Assembly: GCA_019057865.1 (NCBI GenBank)
Contig: JAHLWP010000006.1
Span: 32,001-96,000 of the forward strand
Length of the DNA stretch: 64,000 nucleotides
DNA from: Promethearchaeota archaeon
GTDB taxonomy: Archaea; Asgardarchaeota; Lokiarchaeia; Sigyniarchaeales; SOKP01
Direction of reading: 5' to 3'
Shown here: piece after piece, positions 10,873 to 21,326 of the stretch
Layout of the letters: the number at the start of each line of letters is the position of its first letter
Numbering within the stretch: position 1 is the stretch's first letter
Notes under the pieces: model-generated
What the model saw: the letters and a program-made list of their open reading frames with translations, nothing else
Told to the model about the DNA's origin: nothing
The model's database searches: none
Program-made: the position numbers and the translations under genes

Positions 10873-12039
10873 ATGAATACAATTTGGGATACTAAATCTG
10901 ATACTGTACAAAAAGGTGACAATCTGAGAGATGTTACTTCCTTAATGGATAAAACAAGAATAGATGAAAATGATTTCACACATTATATTTTCAGTAAAAC
11001 TATGTTTAATAATCCATGGTATGTTATCCCAGATAATGATTTAGAATTATTTAATAAATTTATAGAAGGAGGTTCAAGAGCCTATCCATCAGATGGCAAT
11101 GTTCCTTGTGATATTGTTGCAAAAGAAGCAAGGATTCTTCTTAATAAGATTATTGATCTTTCTCAGGATTCTACTTCTCACCATTTTGAAGAGGCACGTA
11201 AAGCACTTGAAAATGGAAAAGATTCTCTCGTTAGAGGTACATTAAAGCTTTACTTAGGAAAATATACGACAAGAGATTGGAGAAGAAAAAGATTTACTGA
11301 TGATATTGATTTTTGGATTCGTCAAATCCATGTATTACATCATGTGTTAAGAAGATCTGGATGGTTAAAGAATAATACTACAAAGGAGTGGGAAAAAAAG
11401 ATTCAATGGAGAAATCTTTTAACAAATGAAGAGAGAAGTGCAACGCTTATAGCCGCAAATGATTTAGATCAATTACTTGATTTTGGAGCTGGGAGTTATC
11501 TTGAGGGATCTAGTCTCAAAGAAATTTTCCAAAAAAAATTAAAAAGGGGACATGATGTTGATCTTAGTGATATAATTAATGTTATAATGGTGAATGGAGC
11601 AGATGGAAAATACATTGGCGATGAAATCAGAGAACAAAAATGGCATAATGCATGGAAGGCTTTTGAAGAAGCTGCAAATACAAGAAATACTAGAACAACA
11701 TCCAATTTGATCTCATTATGTAGAGTTTCATTAGGAATTGCTGATCATTCAGAGAGGGTTAGCAGCACCATAAAAAAATATAATGATATAATTTTGGATA
11801 AAATAGAATATCCAGATAAGGAATTAGATAGAATCTGTAGAACTTCCATACATTGGAAGAATTATTTAGAAGATCACGGTCCTGATGCAACTAGGAAAAT
11901 CTTTCATAGTTTTTATCACAAGCAAGTTGAAGAGACGTTAAACCATGCAAAAAATCTTAGAAATTTTGTTAAAAAGTTATTGGGTTTGCTTAATTCTAAA
12001 TATCAACATCTGAAGGTTATCTTCGATATTGAAAACTAG
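10873..12039 (+). CDS. Hypothetical protein, putative AbiEii/MenT-like nucleotidyltransferase
   Basis: LVRGTLKLYL...RFTDDIDFW and KKLKRGHDVDLSDI resemble DUF1814 motifs. Confidence 0.55.
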   Translation: MNTIWDTKSDTVQKGDNLRDVTSLMDKTRIDENDFTHYIFSKTMFNNPWYVIPDNDLELFNKFIEGGSRAYPSDGNVPCDIVAKEARILLNKIIDLSQDSTSHHFEEARKALENGKDSLVRGTLKLYLGKYTTRDWRRKRFTDDIDFWIRQIHVLHHVLRRSGWLKNNTTKEWEKKIQWRNLLTNEERSATLIAANDLDQLLDFGAGSYLEGSSLKEIFQKKLKRGHDVDLSDIINVIMVNGADGKYIGDEIREQKWHNAWKAFEEAANTRNTRTTSNLISLCRVSLGIADHSERVSSTIKKYNDIILDKIEYPDKELDRICRTSIHWKNYLEDHGPDATRKIFHSFYHKQVEETLNHAKNLRNFVKKLLGLLNSKYQHLKVIFDIEN

Positions 12040-12186
12040 ATTTAGATTAGTTTTCAAAATTTTTGAACCTGATTTGTGATATCAAAAAGTTCGTGAAAGA
12101 TACGTTTTACGATCTTTAATAACAAAAGGAGAAAAAAGGTATGATTGTTTAATGGGTGATTTATTTATAAGAAAAGGATAATAAAC

Positions 12187-12447
12187 TCATTCCAATGCCT
12201 TCACTTTTGAATAATTAATAGTAATTGTATGTTTTGTCTCAATTATTTCTCCGATGATCAACACTTTTTTATCTAGAAATTTATGCAATTCAGGATCTTT
12301 TTGCCATAAGTGAGTTTTTTTCCTAACAAGAATCTCTGACCATCTGTTTTTGTAATCGTCCAACGGTTTAATGAAATATTCAGGTCCTTCCGATCGTGTC
12401 CCCTTTCCTTTTATTATTGCAAAAAGAATTCCTCTAATTTCATTCAT
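12187..12447 (-). CDS. Hypothetical small beta-rich protein
   Basis: 86-aa ORF with ATG and normal composition. Confidence 0.65.
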   Translation of the reverse strand: MNEIRGILFAIIKGKGTRSEGPEYFIKPLDDYKNRWSEILVRKKTHLWQKDPELHKFLDKKVLIIGEIIETKHTITINYSKVKALE

Positions 12448-12537
12448 AGATTAAATCCATATTAATGAGTATTGTAATAGATCAAAAATCGTAGGTTTTG
12501 ATGTGTATTAAATATATTTAAAAATAAATGAAAATAA

Positions 12538-13692
12538 TTACTTTTGTTTTGATAAATACCTAATTTTTACAAGTAAATCCCGCAATTCCATTTTATCGTT
12601 TTCAGGTGTAAGGTATTTCTTTTTAACGCCTTCTGATAATGGAATAGTTTCAATTTTATTGCCTTGAAGTGAAACCATATTTCCAAATTTACTTTCTAAA
12701 ACAAGTTTCATAGCAGCTAAACCAAATCGTAGTCCTAAAATTCGATCAAATGAGTTTGGAGCTCCTGCGCGCATAGTATGACCAAGTACTACACTTCTAC
12801 ATTCAAATTCTACCCCATTTTTCTGGAACTCTTGCTTTAAGTCGTCTCTTAAGTTTAATTCATCAACAATTATTTGAGACATATTTAATTTTACAAGTAA
12901 TGGGTTTCCATAAGTATCTTTAGGTAATTTATCTATAGTTTCTTTGGAAATCGTTTTAAAATCTCTCTCTAATGACTTTAGACTCGGATATGCTCCTTCT
13001 GAAATTGCTATTATGTGATATTTATATCCCGCATTAGCTCTTTTTTTAAGAATTTCAACAATATCTTTCTCAAAATCAAATGGCGTTTCTGGGATTAAAA
13101 TGATATCAGCACCAGCAGAAATCCCACTATACATTGTAAGAAATCCAGCATCCCTCCCCATTATTTCAACAATAAATACTCTCTGATGAGAACATGCTGT
13201 AGTTGTGAGATTGTCCATAGCGTTAGAAGCTAATTGCGTCGAACTCCAAAATCCGAATGTATAATGAGTTCCCTGCAAGTCATTATCAATGGTTTTTGGC
13301 ACTCCTACTACTTTTGCATCAGCATAATTACACATAAGATCCGCAACTCCTAAGGTATCATCGCCACCTATTGCAATTAAAGCGTCTATTCCTAGTTCTT
13401 TAAATTTTTCTGCTAGTTCTTTAGCTCTTTTCTCTTTTGATTCGACTCCTTTAAATGGATTTGTCCTACTTGTGTATAGAATCGTTCCACCAACAGTATG
13501 TAAATCATCATGTTCAGCAATATCAAGTGGAATTGTTTGATTTTCCAAAAATCCTTTCCAACCTTTAAGGATTCCAATACATTCAATGCCAACATCGTAC
13601 GCTTTAAGCATGATTCCATAGAGGACAGAATTTAAACCAGGACAATCTCCTCCTCCAGTTAAAATTCCTACTTTTTTTATTTGATTTCCCAT
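12538..13692 (-). CDS. pfp: PfkA-family 6-phosphofructokinase, predicted PPi-dependent
   Basis: TGGGDCPG, GGDDT, PKTIDND, MGRDAG. Confidence 0.88.
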   Translation of the reverse strand: MGNQIKKVGILTGGGDCPGLNSVLYGIMLKAYDVGIECIGILKGWKGFLENQTIPLDIAEHDDLHTVGGTILYTSRTNPFKGVESKEKRAKELAEKFKELGIDALIAIGGDDTLGVADLMCNYADAKVVGVPKTIDNDLQGTHYTFGFWSSTQLASNAMDNLTTTACSHQRVFIVEIMGRDAGFLTMYSGISAGADIILIPETPFDFEKDIVEILKKRANAGYKYHIIAISEGAYPSLKSLERDFKTISKETIDKLPKDTYGNPLLVKLNMSQIIVDELNLRDDLKQEFQKNGVEFECRSVVLGHTMRAGAPNSFDRILGLRFGLAAMKLVLESKFGNMVSLQGNKIETIPLSEGVKKKYLTPENDKMELRDLLVKIRYLSKQK

Positions 13693-13772
13693 TTCATTTC
13701 ACATGTTTAGTTGTGTTAGATTATAACAAATTAGTTTATAATAAAAAATTATGATAATTTTATATTTTATAT

Positions 13773-14342
13773 TTATTCTAATTCTATTTTCTCAATTTTC
13801 TTAAAAGTATATTTTGATTTATTTTTTGGAATTATATAACTCCCTCCTTGGGTATCAGTTATTTTTAAAGTGAATTTAAATCTACCATCCATTGCTTTTT
13901 TTAAATTATCTAAGAGTTCGTCTATTTCGCTTTTTTCATGATCATTTTCATCAAGGTTATTTCTATAAATTAAAACAGCACTTTCAAATCTATATAAAAT
14001 ACCCTCTATATTTGTATAATAAAAATCGGCTCTAGGACCCGGTTCTACGGTTAATTCCAATTCTGGTATTTCTAACTTGCCTACTGGGGAACGATAGATT
14101 TTAGATTTTAGATCCTCTTCATTTGTAATTTGTAAAGTCATAATTCCCGGCTTCATATTTGTTGTTAAAGGAATAACATCATTTTTATGAAAATTACATG
14201 TATTACATTCAAATTTTAATATGAGCATTTTGTCACCATCAGGAACATTATAAATATTCTTAACAATATCGATAATTCCCTGTTGACATAAAGGACATTT
14301 GAAAGAATAGATAATATTATTATTTTCTTTCTCATCAGACAT
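13773..14342 (-). CDS. ZPR1-type zinc finger protein
   Basis: CPLC..CNTC, IPELELTVEPGP, TNIEGIL, D..GGSYI. Confidence 0.9.
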   Translation of the reverse strand: MSDEKENNNIIYSFKCPLCQQGIIDIVKNIYNVPDGDKMLILKFECNTCNFHKNDVIPLTTNMKPGIMTLQITNEEDLKSKIYRSPVGKLEIPELELTVEPGPRADFYYTNIEGILYRFESAVLIYRNNLDENDHEKSEIDELLDNLKKAMDGRFKFTLKITDTQGGSYIIPKNKSKYTFKKIEKIELE

Positions 14343-14584
14343 ATTAAAATTTCCTAGTTTAATTTATAGTGAATTTAAATGTTTTTTTTTCATTACCTAT
14401 CAAAAATAATTTAAAATAATACCTATTTGAAAATAAATTAATTAATATAACAATTATTATTTTAAATTCTATATTATTGTTTGATATTGTAATTATATAT
14501 GTTAAATCAATAGAACTTTTATTCATTGTGTCTTTATTGGATATATTGCACTCAATTGAAATAAATAAAATTCAGTTGAATAAA

Positions 14585-15163
14585 TTGTCAAACAATGAAA
14601 AGATTATAGAAATATCAATGCATTGTAGAGGTGGTCAAACTTGTATCACCGCAAGCCAATTGTTAGCTGAAATGGCATTTGAGGAAGGTTTTAAGGACAC
14701 AATCGCAATTCCAATAATAGGAGCTGAGCGAAGGGGGGCTCCAATACAAGCATTTACAAAAGTTTCTAAGAGTAAACCAATTAAAACCTATGACAGTGTA
14801 GTAAATCCAGATTATATATTTATGTTTGATACCTCATTATTAGACATACCAAGGATAAGGGTTACTATAAAGGAAGGTGTAAATATAATAATTAATAGTC
14901 CAGATCCTATAGATACAACTGGTCTCCCTAATAATATAAAGATCTTTATTGTCGACGCCACAGGCATTTGTATTAAACGAGAATTCATGCATTCAAGTGG
15001 TCCAATTCTAAATATTCCTATGTTAGGGGCTTTTGGAAAGATTACGGGGTATTATAATCTTAAAACAATGGAAAAAGTAATTAAAAAGGAATTTGGAGAA
15101 AGTAGATTAGAAAAAAATATGAGTGTTGCAAAAGACGCTTATGAATCAGTAAGGGAAATATAA
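14585..15163 (+). CDS. porG: 2-oxoacid (pyruvate):ferredoxin oxidoreductase gamma subunit
   Basis: RGGQ...GAERRGAP. Probable TTG start at 14585; the track start at 14477 is over-extended. Confidence 0.9.
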   Translation: MSNNEKIIEISMHCRGGQTCITASQLLAEMAFEEGFKDTIAIPIIGAERRGAPIQAFTKVSKSKPIKTYDSVVNPDYIFMFDTSLLDIPRIRVTIKEGVNIIINSPDPIDTTGLPNNIKIFIVDATGICIKREFMHSSGPILNIPMLGAFGKITGYYNLKTMEKVIKKEFGESRLEKNMSVAKDAYESVREI

Positions 15164-15165
15164 TT

Positions 15166-15513
15166 ATGTCAGAATCTGAAAAATGGAAAAAAATTAATAA
15201 ATCAGTAAAAGAACGTCCCAAAGTTCAAGAATACAAAAATTGGAAAGAATTATCCCCAATTCCAATTTCATTACCAATTGAAGGGAATATTGGAACGACG
15301 GGTGATTGGAGAACTTTTAGACCAGTTATTAAAGAAGGATGTAATAAGTGCGGAATATGCTGGATGTATTGTCCAGAGGGTGTAATTAAAAGAAAAGAAG
15401 ATGGTTCATTCGAAATTAATTTGGTTTATTGTAAAGGTTGTGGGATATGTGCTAAAGAATGTCCAACAAATAATATAGAAATGGTCAGAGAGAGTGATAT
15501 AAAAGATGACTGA
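15166..15513 (+). CDS. porD: 2-oxoacid:ferredoxin oxidoreductase delta subunit
   Basis: TGDWRTFRP, CNKCGICWMYCP, YCKGCGICAKECP. Confidence 0.93.
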   Translation: MSESEKWKKINKSVKERPKVQEYKNWKELSPIPISLPIEGNIGTTGDWRTFRPVIKEGCNKCGICWMYCPEGVIKRKEDGSFEINLVYCKGCGICAKECPTNNIEMVRESDIKDD

Positions 15514-16762
15514 AGTACAGAATGATTTTATTCAGAAGAGAGAAGCTATTATTATAAAAGGTAATGTAGCAGTAGCTTATGCAGCAAAATCAGCACGAGT
15601 TCAAGTTATTAGTGCGTATCCAATTACTCCACAAACAACTGTGGTTGAAAAATTATCTGAATTTGTAGATAATGGACTAATGCCAGGAACTCAATATATA
15701 AAAATGGAGTCAGAACATAGTGTTTTTGCTGCTGTAGTTGGTGCAAGTAAAGCAGGAACTAGAACATTTACAGCAACATCTGGTCAAGGTATATTTTATG
15801 CGCATGAAATGATTCATTGGGCTGCTGGAGCTAGGCTACCTATTGTTGTTGCTATAGCATCTCGAGGACCCGCACCGCCATGGAACATTTGGGCCGATTT
15901 TACTGATGTGATGAGTCAACGGGATACAGGATGGATGAATTGCTTTTGCTCAGAACATCAAGAAATATATGATGAAATTTTAATGTCATATAAGATTTGT
16001 GAAGATCACGATATTCTTTTACCTAAGTTTGTATCTTATGGGGGGTTTATTCTTTCACATACTTCAAAACCGGTTATTCTCGAAGATCAAGATCTTGTAG
16101 ATAAATTTTTACCTCCATTACCAAGTGAGGAAGGCTGGCCACATATCTGGATGGATCCAAAAAGACCAATGATGTTTGGGAACCTTATTATGCCTTCCAG
16201 TTTTTATTATGAATTTAGATTAAAAATTCATGATGCGCTTATAAGAGCGAAAGCGAAAATTAAAAAAGTTGCTAAAGAATTTGAGAAAATTTTTGGCAGA
16301 AATTATGGTAATGGATTAATTCAAGAATATAAAATGGATAATGTAAATGTAGGAGTAATTACTTATGGAGATTTGGCTTTACAAATGGAACAAGCTGTAG
16401 ATGATTTAAGAGATGAAGGGTATAAAGTTGGGATGGTGAAATTGAGGCATTTTAGACCATTTCCAACAGAAGATATTATTGAAGTTGCTAAAAAGGTGAA
16501 AGTTCTTGGAGTTATAGATAGAGCAACAGCATTTGGTTCTCAAACTGGAGGACCAGTGAGTTGTGAAGTTAAAGCAGCTCTACATGAAACTAAAGGAACT
16601 GCAACAGTATTACCAATAATTAATGGACTGGGGGGAAGAGAAGTTACAATTGAACAACAAAAAAATCAATTGATAAAGTTAGTCAAATATAATGAAACTG
16701 GAGAATTTCCAAAAGATATTATTCATGGAACTCTCTGGGATGGTTTATTAGAGGTTGAATAA
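15506..16762 (+). CDS. porA: 2-oxoacid:ferredoxin oxidoreductase alpha subunit
   Basis: AYPITPQT, ESEHS, TATSGQG, GLGGRE. Confidence 0.93.
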   Translation: MTEVQNDFIQKREAIIIKGNVAVAYAAKSARVQVISAYPITPQTTVVEKLSEFVDNGLMPGTQYIKMESEHSVFAAVVGASKAGTRTFTATSGQGIFYAHEMIHWAAGARLPIVVAIASRGPAPPWNIWADFTDVMSQRDTGWMNCFCSEHQEIYDEILMSYKICEDHDILLPKFVSYGGFILSHTSKPVILEDQDLVDKFLPPLPSEEGWPHIWMDPKRPMMFGNLIMPSSFYYEFRLKIHDALIRAKAKIKKVAKEFEKIFGRNYGNGLIQEYKMDNVNVGVITYGDLALQMEQAVDDLRDEGYKVGMVKLRHFRPFPTEDIIEVAKKVKVLGVIDRATAFGSQTGGPVSCEVKAALHETKGTATVLPIINGLGGREVTIEQQKNQLIKLVKYNETGEFPKDIIHGTLWDGLLEVE

Positions 16763-17708
16763 AGGAATGGTTAAATTAAAAGAGGCCTTAGAATCTTGCC
16801 AGGAAGAATATTTTCTTCCAGGGAATTCTTGTTGTGCGGGATGTGGCTTAGAAATCGCCCTTAGATGGGCTATAAAAGCGTTAGGACCTAAGATAGCTCT
16901 AGTAACACCAGCTTCCTGCTTAAATGTTGTAGTAGGATTATGGCCTAAAACAGCACCAAATTTCCCATTTACAAATATGGCTTTTGCAGCGGGTGCAGCG
17001 GGTGCGACAGGTATGTCTGCTGCTTTCAAAGCGAAAGCTTATAGATTTCCGGGTAAGGGTTGGGATGAGATAACTGCAATTACCTTTGCTGGAGATGGTG
17101 GTACTGCTGATATTGGAATTCAAGGTTTAAGTGGAGCAGCAGAAAGAAATTCTGATCAAATTTATGTTTGTTACGATAATGAAGCATATATGAACACTGG
17201 TATTCAAAGATCTTCAAGTACTCCACATGGTGCATGGACAAGCACAACCACAAAGGGAAAAGATCGCTTTAAGAAGAATCTTCCCGCAATTATGGCAGCT
17301 CATGATATACCTTATGTAGCTACTTGTTCTATTAGTGAACCACTTGATTTATATGATAAATTTAAAAAAGCTAAATCGATTAAAGGCTGTAGATATATCC
17401 ATATTATGGCTCCTTGTTGTATTGGATGGGGATTTAATTCTGAAGATACAATAGAAATAGCTCGATTAGCTGTAAAAACTGGTTCATGGATTTTATATGA
17501 AGTAGAAAATGGAATCATAAAGTTATCAAAAACAAGTAGACTATTATTGGATCCTTCTAAGAGAATTCCACTGATGGATTATCTATCTAAACAAAAAAGA
17601 TTCGCAAATATTTCCGAAAAGGATCTAATTGAACTTCAAGAATATTTAGATCATACTTGGAAACGTATAGAAGCTGATTTAAGTTGCCAAGAACAATATC
17701 CAAAATAA
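16755..17708 (+). CDS. porB: 2-oxoacid:ferredoxin oxidoreductase beta subunit
   Basis: CAGCG, GDGGTADIG, DNEAYMNTGIQRS. Confidence 0.93.
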   Translation: MNKGMVKLKEALESCQEEYFLPGNSCCAGCGLEIALRWAIKALGPKIALVTPASCLNVVVGLWPKTAPNFPFTNMAFAAGAAGATGMSAAFKAKAYRFPGKGWDEITAITFAGDGGTADIGIQGLSGAAERNSDQIYVCYDNEAYMNTGIQRSSSTPHGAWTSTTTKGKDRFKKNLPAIMAAHDIPYVATCSISEPLDLYDKFKKAKSIKGCRYIHIMAPCCIGWGFNSEDTIEIARLAVKTGSWILYEVENGIIKLSKTSRLLLDPSKRIPLMDYLSKQKRFANISEKDLIELQEYLDHTWKRIEADLSCQEQYPK

Positions 17709-17768
17709 TCTTTATATATTTAGTTGTTTCATCTTTTATAATTAATTTCAATTTTTAATTGAGCTCAA

Positions 17769-18434
17769 ATGGGATTTTTAATAAGACTGGCTGGGAAAGA
17801 GTTAAAAGATACTGAGTTTTATTTACAAATCGCAGTAGAGAACATAATCGAAGGAAAAATAATTGCTTTTCCTACTAATTCTGTTTATGGTATAGGAGGT
17901 GATCCACTAAATCTTGATGTTGTTGAGCGAATATTTGAGATAAAATTTCGGGATCGATCTAAAGGATTTTTATTACTCGTTTCTGACTTTGAGGAAGCTT
18001 CTAAAATAGTTGAATTTAATGAAGTTGCTAAAAAATTAGCGGATAAATATTGGCCAGGACAATTAACTCTAATTTTAAAAAGAAAGGAACCAAATATAAT
18101 CCCCTTAGAAGTATCAGTTCATCAAGATGCATTAGGTTTAAGAGTTCCTGAGAATAAAATCATTTTAAAGATTTTAAGGATATTAAAGGAGAAAGGGTAT
18201 TTAGGGGGGATTATAGGGACTTCTGCTAATTACTCAGGTGAACCCCCTTCTATTAGTGGAGATGAAGTAGTAAAAAAATTATTAAGCCCAATAGATTTAA
18301 TAATAGATGGAGGGAAATCAAAATCAAAAACCCCTACAACAATTATCGACTGTACCACTCAAGAGTTAAAATTTTTGCGAATTGGAAAGATTTCCAGAGA
18401 AGAAATAAATGATTATTTGTCTAGTTTTCAATAA
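17769..18434 (+). CDS. tsaC: Threonylcarbamoyl-AMP synthase, short TsaC/YrdC type
   Basis: FPTNSVYGIG, KFR, WPGQLT, TSANYSG. No C-terminal SUA5 domain. Confidence 0.9.
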   Translation: MGFLIRLAGKELKDTEFYLQIAVENIIEGKIIAFPTNSVYGIGGDPLNLDVVERIFEIKFRDRSKGFLLLVSDFEEASKIVEFNEVAKKLADKYWPGQLTLILKRKEPNIIPLEVSVHQDALGLRVPENKIILKILRILKEKGYLGGIIGTSANYSGEPPSISGDEVVKKLLSPIDLIIDGGKSKSKTPTTIIDCTTQELKFLRIGKISREEINDYLSSFQ

Positions 18435-18445
18435 GAAATAAGAGT

Positions 18446-18958
18446 GTGATAAAATTGAAAAATTTTAACTTGCTAGTCTCAACATCTAGATTCAATGAAA
18501 TTAATGCGAAGGCAGAACTTTGGTTTACACTATTAATGTGCGGTGATGATTATCCGATTATCTCAAGATTAAATTTTCCGGGATTGGTAACAGGTTTAAC
18601 CAATTTGAGTACTAAAGAGGTAGTTTTAAAAATTAAGAAAATTTTAGAAAAAGATCCTTATTTTTTTCAATATATTTTAAAAATAATTCCAATAGATTTT
18701 GTTTGTGAGACAAACTCTCAAGTTATAAATCAATTAGTAGAATTGCATTATAGAGATTATCTTAATGATACAGATTCTTATAAAATAACATTAAAACGTA
18801 GGAAACATGAGCAAATTGAAAGAGTCAATTTTATACAAAAACTTGCTAAAAACATTCCTAATAAAGTAGATCTTGAAAACCCTGATAAATTTATTAGAAT
18901 AGAGATTCTGGGCAGTATTTGTGGAATATCATTTCTGTCAAAAGAGGATATTATTTAA
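18446..18958 (+). CDS. THUMP-domain RNA-binding protein (Tan1-like)
   Basis: SYKITLKRR...KVDLENPDKFIRIEILG. Confidence 0.85.
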   Translation: MIKLKNFNLLVSTSRFNEINAKAELWFTLLMCGDDYPIISRLNFPGLVTGLTNLSTKEVVLKIKKILEKDPYFFQYILKIIPIDFVCETNSQVINQLVELHYRDYLNDTDSYKITLKRRKHEQIERVNFIQKLAKNIPNKVDLENPDKFIRIEILGSICGISFLSKEDII

Positions 18959-18981
18959 ATTAAAATTTATATAGAGTGAAA

Positions 18982-19695
18982 TTAATCAACTTTTAGCTTC
19001 TCTGTATTTAAAAGAGCCATTTTTTCACATAATAAATCATGAAGAGCCATATACATGGCGTTTAAATTATAATCTAATTGTTTTTCGTTAAAGTTGTGAA
19101 CTCCATAGGATTTTAAAATAGAGGAGAGTTGTTTATTGGAGATCTCATAAAAGTTTTGAATCATGTTGAATTTTTCAACTAATTGGTCGTTTATTGTTAT
19201 ATCTATTTCATAAGCGTTTAAATTTAGTAATATATTATTGTTAATCTCTTTTAAATTATTTACTGAGGAAATAATACAAGATATTAAGTAATTCTTTTTT
19301 AAATCAATATCAGTAATCCCAAAAGCATCAATTCCTTTACTAATTTGCCGATTAGTTGATAAATATAGGAATATTTCAATATTTCTTTTATTTGAAATAT
19401 TTAAATTTTGAAGAAATGCCTTTTGTAGATAATATCCTGCTGTAAAGATATGATCTTGGTTTAAAATATATTTACTCTTGATAAGTTGTATAGTTGAGTT
19501 TAAAAATTTATTTTGAATAGCGTCAATTTTATCAAAAATAAGATCTTCAGCTTTTTTCTCATCAGTAATTTTATTTATCTCAAGAAATTTCTTTAGATCG
19601 ATCCTAATTTGATTTATCCCAACAAAATAGTGTAAATTTAAATCTTTAATTTTAAATTCCTTTACAATCATACTATCAATTCCCAACTTAGCCAA
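18982..19695 (-). CDS. cgi121: KEOPS subunit Cgi121
   Basis: NISNKRNIEIFLYLSTNRQISKGIDAFG; C-terminal EKMALL. Confidence 0.85.
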   Translation of the reverse strand: MAKLGIDSMIVKEFKIKDLNLHYFVGINQIRIDLKKFLEINKITDEKKAEDLIFDKIDAIQNKFLNSTIQLIKSKYILNQDHIFTAGYYLQKAFLQNLNISNKRNIEIFLYLSTNRQISKGIDAFGITDIDLKKNYLISCIISSVNNLKEINNNILLNLNAYEIDITINDQLVEKFNMIQNFYEISNKQLSSILKSYGVHNFNEKQLDYNLNAMYMALHDLLCEKMALLNTEKLKVD

Positions 19696-20435
19696 TCTGG
19701 CATGATTGCGAAATTAATTCGAACTATAATTGAAATTATTAAAAATGATAATAAATATAATGTAAAAATCCAATCTTTAAATGAATATTTTATTGTATAA
19801 TAATATGTACGTTCCTTTTTGCTTCCAAATGCTCTAGATTCAAGAGCTTCTGCTACATTGAAAGCTCTTTTTATAGAACAAATTATTAAGGGAATTAATA
19901 GGGGAAAAAGGTTTTTAATTTGATTGATAAGCCCACTTTTTTGCATTTCATATCCTCGACTTTGTTGAGCATCTATAATATTTTGTGCTTCAGTTGCAAT
20001 TGTAGGGATAAATCTGAAAGCTAATGATAAAGAAAAGGCAAATTCATAAGGAAATTTCATTGATATTAAAGATAATGCTAAATCATTGGGATCAGAAGTC
20101 AAGAAAAAGATTGAAAAAGCCGATACCATTATGCAAATTCTAATAATCATTGAAATTGCAAATGATAATGACAGAAAAAAAGTATTCAATATTATTATCA
20201 TAAGAATTAAATATGATAAGCCTTGGATGCTTTTAAGCCATTGTTTTATTAATTTTCCTGCCAAAATAAGAGGTATTAAACTCAAGAAGATTAAGATTAA
20301 AGGAATGATTTCAGTAAAAAGTAAAGCACTAATAGAGTATATTAATGCAAATATTAATTTTGCTCGTGGATCCAAGTTATGGATGAATGAATCTTTTTTC
20401 ATGAACTTAAAAGCATTGAGAAATTCTAAAGACAT
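19668..20435 (-). CDS. ecfT: ECF transporter T component
   Basis: LDPRAK, AFRFIP, AQQSRG, ALESRAF. Confidence 0.92.
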   Translation of the reverse strand: MSLEFLNAFKFMKKDSFIHNLDPRAKLIFALIYSISALLFTEIIPLILIFLSLIPLILAGKLIKQWLKSIQGLSYLILMIIILNTFFLSLSFAISMIIRICIMVSAFSIFFLTSDPNDLALSLISMKFPYEFAFSLSLAFRFIPTIATEAQNIIDAQQSRGYEMQKSGLINQIKNLFPLLIPLIICSIKRAFNVAEALESRAFGSKKERTYYYTIKYSFKDWIFTLYLLSFLIISIIVRINFAIMPDWLSWELIV

Positions 20436-21317
20436 TTAATCATTACCCTCCACGATCTCACTGGTTTTATTTTTTATAAAATCTCTAATGAAATTGATCA
20501 ATTTATCTTTTGAAAATAAGTCATTTGGACATTGAATTCCTGATTTTTTTAAAGCTAAATTAAGTTGATGAGTTTGGGGTAATATTAAAGATGCTTTTTC
20601 AACTAATATTTGATTGCCTAATACTTTTTCTGTAGGCCCATCAGCCAAAATTAGTCCATCTGCCATTAAAATCGTTCTTGGTATATGTTCATTGGCAAAT
20701 TCAATGTTATGAGTAACTATTATTATTGTTTTTCCTTTCTTCCTTTTGTTTTTAATTAAATTAATTAAAAATTCTATTTCTCTTCCATCTTGTCCCAATG
20801 TAGGTTCATCAAATACTATAATATCAGGATCTCTGCAGATTATGGAAGCCAGAGCTAATTTTTTTGCTTCTCCACCAGATAAATTAAGTGGAGATCTATT
20901 TCTATACTTTTCAAGGTTAAATTCTTTTAATATTTCATTTGTCTTGTTTTGAATTTCTTCTTTAGTGAACTCAAAACTTTTTAATGAGAATTCAATCTCA
21001 TCCTTTACAGAGTTTGAAAATAATTGATGCAATGGATTTTGAAAAATTACACCTACTTTTTTAGATAAAGTTGCTATACTTTTAGAAGCAATATTTTCGC
21101 CATAAAGGTATATTGCTCCATTTGTTGGACGGATTAACCCATTTAAAGTCCTGATTAGAGTTGTTTTTCCAGCTCCATTCTTACCCATTATTCCTATTAA
21201 TTCTTTATTATCGATTTTCAAATTAATATTTCTTAATGCTTTGGTCCCGTTGGGATAAGTAAAATCTACATTATCTATAAGAATTAAGGGTAATTGTTTC
21301 TCTATATCCTTCACCAA
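20436..21317 (-). CDS. ecfA: ECF transporter ATPase
   Basis: GKNGAGKT, FQNP, LSGGE, FDEPT. Confidence 0.92.
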   Translation of the reverse strand: MVKDIEKQLPLILIDNVDFTYPNGTKALRNINLKIDNKELIGIMGKNGAGKTTLIRTLNGLIRPTNGAIYLYGENIASKSIATLSKKVGVIFQNPLHQLFSNSVKDEIEFSLKSFEFTKEEIQNKTNEILKEFNLEKYRNRSPLNLSGGEAKKLALASIICRDPDIIVFDEPTLGQDGREIEFLINLIKNKRKKGKTIIIVTHNIEFANEHIPRTILMADGLILADGPTEKVLGNQILVEKASLILPQTHQLNLALKKSGIQCPNDLFSKDKLINFIRDFIKNKTSEIVEGND

Positions 21318-21326
21318 CCTGTTTAA

